Part shown: piece after piece, positions 55,942 to 64,000 of the stretch
Position numbering within the stretch: position 1 is the first letter of the stretch
Layout of the letters: each line of letters begins with the position of its first letter
Assembly: GCA_964016885.1 (NCBI GenBank)
Contig: OZ024764.1
Location: forward strand, 25,358,001-25,422,000
DNA: 64,000 nucleotides
Direction: 5' to 3'
Origin: Eledone cirrhosa
Taxonomy: Eukaryota
Program-made: the position numbers and the translations under genes
Notes under the pieces: model-generated
Database searches by the model: none
The model's input: only the letters and a program-made list of their open reading frames with translations
Told to the model about the DNA's origin: nothing

Positions 55942-56559
55942 AGCTGACCCTCCATTCTACCATCAATTTTTCTTTTTGGGGGGGGTGGGTGGGGGGGGGG
56001 TCACATATTACTCGGCTTATATTTGAGTATATATAATATATATATTTTTTATCTTTCATCAATTATAAATCTTTAATTACATCATTAGGCTTCCATAAAT
56101 TTTAACATTTTCCCTACAATATTTGAATGCTATTGTTTACGTTATTCACTCTCATTTTTTCTTTCACTGGGGCTTTAAAACATATAAGATATTTATTTGT
56201 ATTTGATTGATTCTGAAGAGTTAATCTTGCAGGAATGGAATATTCTTGTTAATCTAACAACGGTTCTAAATCCATTAAATGCTATCATAATAATCTTTGT
56301 TAAATCTTTTGTTTTTATATATATCTAAAATCCAGGGCTTTCTCACTCATACTGGTGGCGCCCCTTCCCTGGTTGACCTCCAGCACTTCCTATCTCTGGC
56401 CATATGGAGCAGAGGTATCAGTTTAGATCATTAATGAATTCAATTGAAAATAAAGATGATAGCAAACCCACGTTGGAATGGGGCAATTTTCTGATACATT
56501 CAGAGGAAATCCTGGACCAGTAAATATTTTGAATACTGAGAAGAAAGAACTAGATTATT

Positions 56560-57295
56560 TTCTTTAGGATATTTAATAAGGATTTGTTCCAAACAAACAA
56601 ATATGTTGAAACAAAAGACCTCGATCAGAAATAACGAAACACAACTGCTTCGGAAATGAGGGTTGATAGCAATGGCAGTTGTTTCTGTCCCCAATTAGGA
56701 CATGTATTTTTAGAAAGATAATTTATTCCTGATGGCAACAGCCTGGCAAGATAAGAAATCTGTGACACTGCTGACCACAAATTCCAGTCCCAATGATTTT
56801 ACAAGTGCCCGATGAAAACAAAAGACCAGGGAACACTGTATTGTACCATGTCCAAGAAGAGTAAAAGGCTATATGGGGCACATGAATGGAGTGAGCCATG
56901 GAGATGAGTTGAGAGATAGCTACTGCATTGGAAGTGAAATAAATGGTGGAAGTGTTGATGTGGTTCTACGTTCATCATTTCTGTTGAGAGAATCCTCAAA
57001 CCAGAAACTTTTCTCTAGAAAAGGCAAGGAAAAAACAAATATGCCAAGTTGAGTTTCAGAATGAACCTGTCCCATCAACATATTGGGGACAATTCCTATA
57101 ATAGGAAATTACTTTTGGAAAAAATTCCTTAGGTTCAGGGTGCTATGCACTGGCTTGTGGACATAGGGGAAAAGAGAACTTGTAGGCAGTGTTTCAAACA
57201 AAATATTAGAAGGGAACTTAAAACAGGCTGTGATCAATGCAAAGTAAGTCTCTGTATTAACTATTTCAAGCCTTATCATCTGGAACGTTTCCCTT
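56560..57295 (+). mobile_element. piggyBac transposase remnant
   Basis: Hand translation: TAWQDKKSVTLLTT, HMNGVSHGDELRDSYCIG..KWWK, and a C-terminal RTCRQC...TGCDQCKVSLCINYFKPYH cysteine-rich domain. Confidence 0.75.
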
Positions 57296-57561
57296 AAATC
57301 ATCATCATCATCATCACCATTTTACATCCTATCTTCCACACTAGCATGGGTTCGACAGATTGTCCTGTAGTGGGCTATGCCAGGTCAGGTGACTGTCTCT
57401 AGCTCATACGGAACTGATTTCTACAGCTGAATGCCTTTCCTAACACCAACCTCATTTACAGTGAGTGCTGGGTGCTTTTCTTCCGTGGCACCTACACATC
57501 CACTTTACAGGGAGAGCGGGTGGGCATACAGTCTATATGCTTCAGCTTCGGCTTGTATATA

Positions 57562-59481
57562 TCATCATCATCATCATCATTCTACATCCGCTCTTCCCTG
57601 CTTGCAAGGGTGGGACGGGTCTTATTCAGCACAGCATCTCACCACTTGTCACGGTCCTTCGTCATCTCCACCGTGAGCTTCAATAATCTGAGGTCTGTTC
57701 TCACCACCTCCGCCCATGTTTTTCGTGGTCTACCTCTACCACGTCTTCCTTCAATTGGCATTTCCTGGCACTTCTTCACCCATCGGTCATCCTCTATGTG
57801 CATTACATGTCCATACCACCTCAGTCTCCTCTCCCGTACACTACATTCTATCCCTCTCAGACACAGTTTCTCTCTCAACACATTCATGCTGGGTCGTTCA
57901 CGAACATTTACACTGCACATCCAACGGAGCATGCTTGCCTCATTTCTCTCCAGCCGTCGCATATCCTCTGCAGTTGCTGCCCATGTCTCACTACCATGCA
58001 ACATCGCACTCCTCACACAGGCATCATACAACCGGCCTTTCGTATGTAGGGAGAAACCCTTCTTCATCAGCAGCTCCCTAAACTTCTTCCAACTCGTCCT
58101 TATTCTAGATACTATGGCCTCGTAACACTCCCCCCCCCCCCCCATGCTAATCTGATCTCCTAGCTACCGGAAGCTATCCACCACTTCTATAGCACCTGCC
58201 TGAATTTGAAAAATGTGTCTATCAGTGCGACTTCTACTGTCTAATTTCCCTGTACATCTACTGCATACATATTTCTCCCTACCTGTTAGTTTGCCTGCTA
58301 TCCCGCTACATCTCTTGTGTACCCAGGATCTGCATTGTGTGCATTTTATTGAATTTATGCCAGTTCCTTTTCTGCATATCGAACATGGCCATTTCCCTGA
58401 TGGAATCAGAGTTTTGTCCTCTTTTCTACTCATCAACACTTTTGTCTTAGCTAGGTTCATTCTCAGTCCTCTTGCTTCCAACTGCTGTTTCCATAGCCAG
58501 AATTTATTCTCTAGCTCCTCTACTGATTCTGCTATAAGAACCAGATCGTCAGCATAGAGAAGTTCCCATAGACAGCCAGTCTTAAACTCCTCTGTTATAG
58601 CTTGGAGGACTATAATGAACAAGAGTGGGCTGAGGACCGAACCTTGATGTACTCCTACTTGTATCTGGAATTCCTCACTAAACTCCATTCCTACCCTGAC
58701 TTTACTGACAGTACCTCTGTACAAAATTTACACTGTCCTCACAAGCCATTCCTCAACACCTAGTTTCCTTAGGGACCACCAGATGACAGATTGGGGTACC
58801 CTATCAAAGGCTTTCTCTAGGTCAACACAGTCTAAGTATAGTGGCTTATTTTTCTCTAAGAACCTCTCTTATAATTGTCTCACCAAGAAGAGGGCATCTG
58901 TTGTACTCTTCCCAGGCACAAAACCAAACTGCATCTCATCTAGTTTGACCATTTCTCTAATTAGTTGTGCTAATATCCTTTCTGCCACTTTCATAACCTG
59001 ATCTATCAGTTTTATACCCCTATAATTGCTCCTCTCCAGAGCATCCCCTTTACCTTTGTAGCAATTTATGAGAATACTGCTGCACCAATCTTTGGGTATG
59101 ACACCACCATATATAGCCTGATTGATGATGCTTGCAACTAGTTTATTGCCTACGTCCCCTGATGCCTTCAGCATCTCAGCAACTATTCCCGATGGTCCAG
59201 CAGCCTTACCATTTTTCATTTCCTTAATCGCCTCTTGGACCCTATATTTGTCAATCTCAATAGCTGGTCCCTCTGTCGGATCTACTGAGGGTAATTTCTC
59301 TCTGATAATGACATTTCCAGGCCTTCTTTTTCTGATCATTCGTGACACTAAGTACACCGGCAACATTCCGGACACATTTATCTCCAACAACATTCTCATT
59401 TGGATTGACACACTGCCTTGCAATGTGGAACACCGCACGCCTCTGATCTTCCCGTCGCAGAACATTGGCAAACCCCCTACT
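57562..59481 (-). mobile_element. RTE LINE, second copy of the 52839-54580 family in inverted orientation
   Basis: YKGKGDALERSNYRGIKL, QFGFVPGKSTTDALF, LYADDL, GRRGRGRPRKTW; (ATG)n tail. Confidence 0.95.
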
Positions 59482-59506
59482 TGTATATATATATATATAT
59501 GGCTTG

Positions 59507-59529
<23 letters not shown>

Positions 59530-59538
<9 letters not shown>

Positions 59539-59904
59539 TATCCATGGTAAGTTGTGGGGTCTATTCTGCATGAAGAACTCAATGTAATCCATATGTTGAA
59601 AATGTTGTAGGTTAAGATAAATCCCGGAAAACAATAAAACATTAAAAGGAAAACAGAGTCATGATATAAGTTAAAACAATGAAATAAAAAATCAAGTCAT
59701 TAGAGATATACTTCACTGCTTTACGATCGTTTCTAGATGATGATAATACATTGTAGCTATACTTTGTTATTGATCTATGTAAGGTTAGTTACAAAATATC
59801 AGATAAAGAGAATATTTACTTACATGCATATTACCAGCTGTTTTCAAAAGCAAAAGCAGTGAAGTATATCTCTAATGACTTGATTTTTTATTTCATTGTT
59901 TTAA
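59530..59904 (-). mobile_element. (TA)n-flanked IR mini-element with a degenerate extended hammerhead
   Basis: Arms 59671-59722 / 59853-59904; GAAAC-gatc-GTA-aagc; tail homologous to 45965-46100. Confidence 0.6.
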
Positions 59905-60045
59905 TATATATATATATGTTGGTACTTACAGAAAATAATTTTTTTTCATGTTTTTGCTTACATTTTATTACTGTATATTAAATATGAAATCTTTTGCAAT
60001 ATCCTTAAAAAATTCAGGGAAAATTTGTGTTTTTATGTTAATATA

Positions 60046-60365
60046 TCTATCTATAAAATACTAAAATGCTGTGATTGCTTGCTTGTCTGTAATGTAATAC
60101 AGCCAAAAAGGGTGCATAATGGGAAAATACTTTGAAAGGAAATTGACCCTGAAATGGGGATACAAATGGAATAAAACAAGTTTCGTGTAAATCTGAGCAT
60201 GGGTTCCAGAGATATGGGGTTTACTGGGTACCTTTATAAATAGAGAGAGAGAAGGACAAAGTGGAAGAGATAGTGGTTGTGAGAGAGTAGATTGAAAGAG
60301 AGAGAGGGAGAGGAGTCAGGGAAGGAGAATGGAAGAGAGAGAGAGCTGGTGGTGTTGTTGTGTAT

Positions 60366-60398
<33 letters not shown>

Positions 60399-60723
60399 GA
60401 GTGTGTGTGTGTATGTCTATGACTAGTGATATAGATCACAGACACCAACATATAGATACACACACACATATATATATGTATACACACACACACATTTATA
60501 TATATATACATACACACATATATATATGTATACACACACATTTATATATATACATACACACATATATATATGTATACACACACACACATTTATATATATA
60601 TACACACATATATATATATGTATACACGCACACACATTTATATATACACACACATATATGTATACACACACACACATTTATATATATACACACACACATC
60701 TATATATGTATACACACACACAC

Positions 60724-60757
<34 letters not shown>

Positions 60758-61353
60758 GTATATACACACAAACACATTTATATATATATACATACACACA
60801 TATATATATATATACACACACACACACATATATATATGTATGCACACACACACATATATATATGTATGCACACACACACACATATATATATGGGCCTTCC
60901 AGTTTCATTTCAGATTATATACACTTTAAGTGAAAATAATTTTAAAAAAATGTTGAAGGGAACGTCACGCAACTGGTCACAGGTGGTCTAGTATATTACT
61001 AAAACTCTGTGATTGCTTGCTAGTCTGTAATATAATACAGCCAAAAGGGTGCATGATGGGAAAATACTTCGAAAGGAAGTTGACCCTGAAATGGGGATAC
61101 AAATGGAATAAAACAAGTTTTGTGTAAATCAGAGCATGGGTTCCAGAGATATGGGGTTTACTGGGTACCTTTATAAACAGCCATCAGTTCCATGATAAAC
61201 AAAAACCCCCTCTCTATATACTATAACCCCTCTCTATATATATTATAACCCTCTCTATATACTATAACCACCTTTCTGTATATATTTTAACCCTCTCTCT
61301 ATATATATATATTAGTAGACTACCCGTCACCCAAAGGGGCACAGGTGTTCTAG
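60046..61353 (+). mobile_element. Two adjacent non-autonomous Helitron-like units
   Basis: ~190-bp 5' block (TCTA..TACTAAAA..CTGTGATTGCTTGCT) at 60046 and 60987; CACAGGTG(G/T)TCTAG|T ends at 60991 and 61353. Confidence 0.6.
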
Positions 61354-61433
61354 TACTTTATAAACTTAGAGCAATTTTTGTATGTTCATGTTAAAAAACT
61401 ATTGATTCACACTATTTGGCTTAACCTTTTACC

Positions 61434-61938
61434 ATTTACATTACTCTATATATACTATTGTATTGTCACAGTAAAGGCTTTACCTCACATAATATCTCAC
61501 ATAACATTTACATTACTCTATATATACTATTGTATTGTCACAGTAAAGGCTTTACCTCACATAATATCTCACATAACATTTACATTACTCTATATATACT
61601 ATTGTATTGTCACAGTAAAGGCTTTACCTTACATAATATCTCACATAACATTTACATTACTCTATATATACTATTGTATTGTCACAGTAAAGGCTTTACC
61701 TCACATAATATCTCACATACCATTTACATTACTCTATATATACTATTGTATTGTCACAGTAAAGGCTTTACCTCACATAATATCTCACATAACATTTACA
61801 TTACTCTATATATACTATTGTAATGTCACAGTAAAGGCTTTACCTTACATAATAGCTCACATAACATTTACATTACTCTATATATACTATTGTATTGTCA
61901 CAGTAAAGGCTTTACCTCACATAATATCTCACATAACA
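61434..61938 (+). repeat. 72-bp tandem repeat (7 copies) derived from the left part of the TTAA MITE
   Basis: Unit TTTACATTACTCTATATATACTATTGTATTGTCACAGTAAAGGCTTTACCTCACATAATATCTCACATAACA. Confidence 0.93.
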
Positions 61939-62148
61939 TCTCGTATACGAGAGACGTGTGTTGACGTGTGTGAACAAGCTCGGATACCGAGTCGGATTTA
62001 CTTACTCAAAAGTGAGTTTTGATTAATTTTTTATACTGTAATATACGTTAACCCCTTGCCTTGGTCGTCAAACTTTGAGTTTATTTATTTTCGCCCCTTT
62101 TTGGGGCGAATTTTCCAGTTAAAAATTTATTACAGCAAACTAATAGAA

Positions 62149-63882
62149 ATGGACGGAATTTTCACATCTCATCCTAACGTGAAAGCCACGCCCCCTAAGA
62201 AAGGTGATACAGAGAAGCTAGAAGCACAAGGCTCTAAGTCTTCCCTCCTCACTTCTGCAAAAGAAACATGGAACACGGAATTAAAAGAAAAATTTGTAAA
62301 AATGGGTGAAAACCCAGAAAGTCACATAAACGCAGACAAAAACAACAACGACAATAACAGCAATAGTCACAACACCAACCAAGGAAAAAATAACGATAAC
62401 ACCAAACAAAGCGAACCCACTACTGGTGCCTCCTTTGCACAGGCGGTCCGGAAAACACAAACCTGCAAGCAACTGGACATTACAACTCTGAGAGAAAAGA
62501 TGAAGGAAGCGAAACAGTATGTAACTTTCAAAGAAGGAGGAGACTTCACAATCACCTCCCCACAAGAAATCAAAAGAGACACGACGTTAAGAACGATATC
62601 TTTCAGAACAATTTCCAACATAACAAGGAAACCAGCTCAATTATCCCAAAAAGAGATTGAGCTGGTCCTAAAAAATGTGTGGAGTGATATATCGTTCATA
62701 CAAAAAGGGCCACTCTATGGGAATATAACGGTCCTAATGAAGGATCAATTGACGGCCAGGAAATACTCTGTGGCGCCAATTGTTTCCAAGCTACATACAT
62801 TTTTCCCCACATATTTAGGGAAAAGAACGCAGAAAATAAGGGTCTCCGGAATCCGGCCAAATGCATGCATTTCCTGGGTACTAACAGGATTTTTAGAAGA
62901 CGAGGACGGAATCCTTTCAGTAGGAGAAGTCACCACAGACGTTTTTGGCGGTTTGAGCGTGGAGGTTCTGGTCCAAATGAGACCAGAACGAATAGCTAGA
63001 ATACCACAGAGGGTGTCCCTCGATGGAGAAACATTTATATACATTTCAGCCAAGGGTAGGAGGCCCATATGTTACTACTGTTCAAGCAGGGGTCATCTAA
63101 GGGCTGCTTGTCCTCAATTGACAAAAAAAAAGGCTCTTTTGCCTACACCCCACACACCACCACCGCCACCACCACCACCTCCACAACCACCACCACAACA
63201 ACAACAAAAACAACACGAAAAAATAACACAAGACACGGCCCCACCCAAAACAACTCCCAAAACACACACAAATACAACAAAACCCCAAAATACACCACTA
63301 CCCGACAGCACGGACGAGGACCCAGCTGAAATGGCACCTAGTGACGAAGAGGGGGAACCCTTCCAACCTGTAAAAAGGAAAAAAAGAAAGCACCACTCGA
63401 ACATAAACGAAACAAACACACAACCACCAACAAAAACAAAACAAACAGAACAAACAAAATCCGCCCCACCCCAAAACATAACACATACAACAAAACGTAA
63501 GCACACACAAGAACAACAAACAAACACAACACAAATAAAACAGTATACATACATTAACACAAATAACAAAGAACTAGTAAAAACAATACACAAAGACCCT
63601 TCGGTGGAAACTGAAGGGCAATTCTTTGCAAGTGCGGCCAACAAACCGCATTTAAAAATGATAAGACTCCCAATGGACACCTATGCAAAACTAAGAGAGA
63701 ACTTTCCTGAGGACGTGGGGAAAACATGTACTCGACCCTATAACCGCGTCCTCTTGAAACGTTTCCCCACCCACACCTCACCAAACACCCCCACGCCACC
63801 ACAGAACAACACCCCACCAAACAACCCCTCCAATACGCCCATGGATATTGTGCAACCTGCTCCTCAGGAGCCGAACAGGTAG
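62149..63882 (+). CDS. LINE ORF1 (gag-like, single CCHC zinc knuckle, P/T/Q-rich tail)
   Basis: Uninterrupted ORF; CYYCSSRGHLRAAC; A-rich sense strand; ORF2 follows 21 nt later. Confidence 0.85.
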   Translation: MDGIFTSHPNVKATPPKKGDTEKLEAQGSKSSLLTSAKETWNTELKEKFVKMGENPESHINADKNNNDNNSNSHNTNQGKNNDNTKQSEPTTGASFAQAVRKTQTCKQLDITTLREKMKEAKQYVTFKEGGDFTITSPQEIKRDTTLRTISFRTISNITRKPAQLSQKEIELVLKNVWSDISFIQKGPLYGNITVLMKDQLTARKYSVAPIVSKLHTFFPTYLGKRTQKIRVSGIRPNACISWVLTGFLEDEDGILSVGEVTTDVFGGLSVEVLVQMRPERIARIPQRVSLDGETFIYISAKGRRPICYYCSSRGHLRAACPQLTKKKALLPTPHTPPPPPPPPPQPPPQQQQKQHEKITQDTAPPKTTPKTHTNTTKPQNTPLPDSTDEDPAEMAPSDEEGEPFQPVKRKKRKHHSNINETNTQPPTKTKQTEQTKSAPPQNITHTTKRKHTQEQQTNTTQIKQYTYINTNNKELVKTIHKDPSVETEGQFFASAANKPHLKMIRLPMDTYAKLRENFPEDVGKTCTRPYNRVLLKRFPTHTSPNTPTPPQNNTPPNNPSNTPMDIVQPAPQEPNR

Positions 63883-63903
63883 GTCCTTCCTCTTTTAACC
63901 AAC

Positions 63904-64000
63904 ATGGCTGATATAAGAGTTGGGTGTCTGAATGTACGCGGCCTGGGACTGTCTTGGAAACAAGGCAAACTTTTAAACGATCTCAGGTCGCATAGAATGG
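63904..64000 (+). CDS. LINE ORF2 start (AP-endonuclease), Tx1/L1 clade; runs off the window
   Basis: MADIRVGCLNVRGLGLSWKQGKLLNDLRSHRM matches the APE N-terminal LNVRGL motif. Confidence 0.8.
   Translation, partial: MADIRVGCLNVRGLGLSWKQGKLLNDLRSHRM

Overview
AT-rich eukaryotic (metazoan) genomic DNA, very probably a cephalopod such as Octopus (inferred from the SINE/RTE families and the huge (TA)n tracts). The window is almost all transposable-element debris, microsatellites and TE-derived minisatellites. Main contents: (1) a ~6.7 kb, lightly disabled Helentron/Helitron2-type Rep-PIF1 helicase gene (4854-11515, minus) whose C-terminus is a USP/C19-type deubiquitinase domain rather than the usual AP-endonuclease; (2) a helicase-less canonical Helitron (47695-51074) with STPR-like repeats; (3) Penelope-like GIY-YIG retroelement fragments and many short (TA)n-flanked inverted-repeat elements carrying hammerhead-ribozyme motifs and a shared YTGAGYNC tail motif; (4) RTE LINEs with a PHD-like finger inside the RT region, plus CR1, mariner and piggyBac remnants, TTAA MITEs, tRNA-derived SINEs and a solo LTR; (5) the 5' end of an apparently intact Tx1/L1-clade LINE (61939 to the window end); (6) the last two coding exons of an unidentified host gene on the minus strand (44689-44864, 42764-42913). 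All calls are by eye and coordinates of degenerate elements are approximate.
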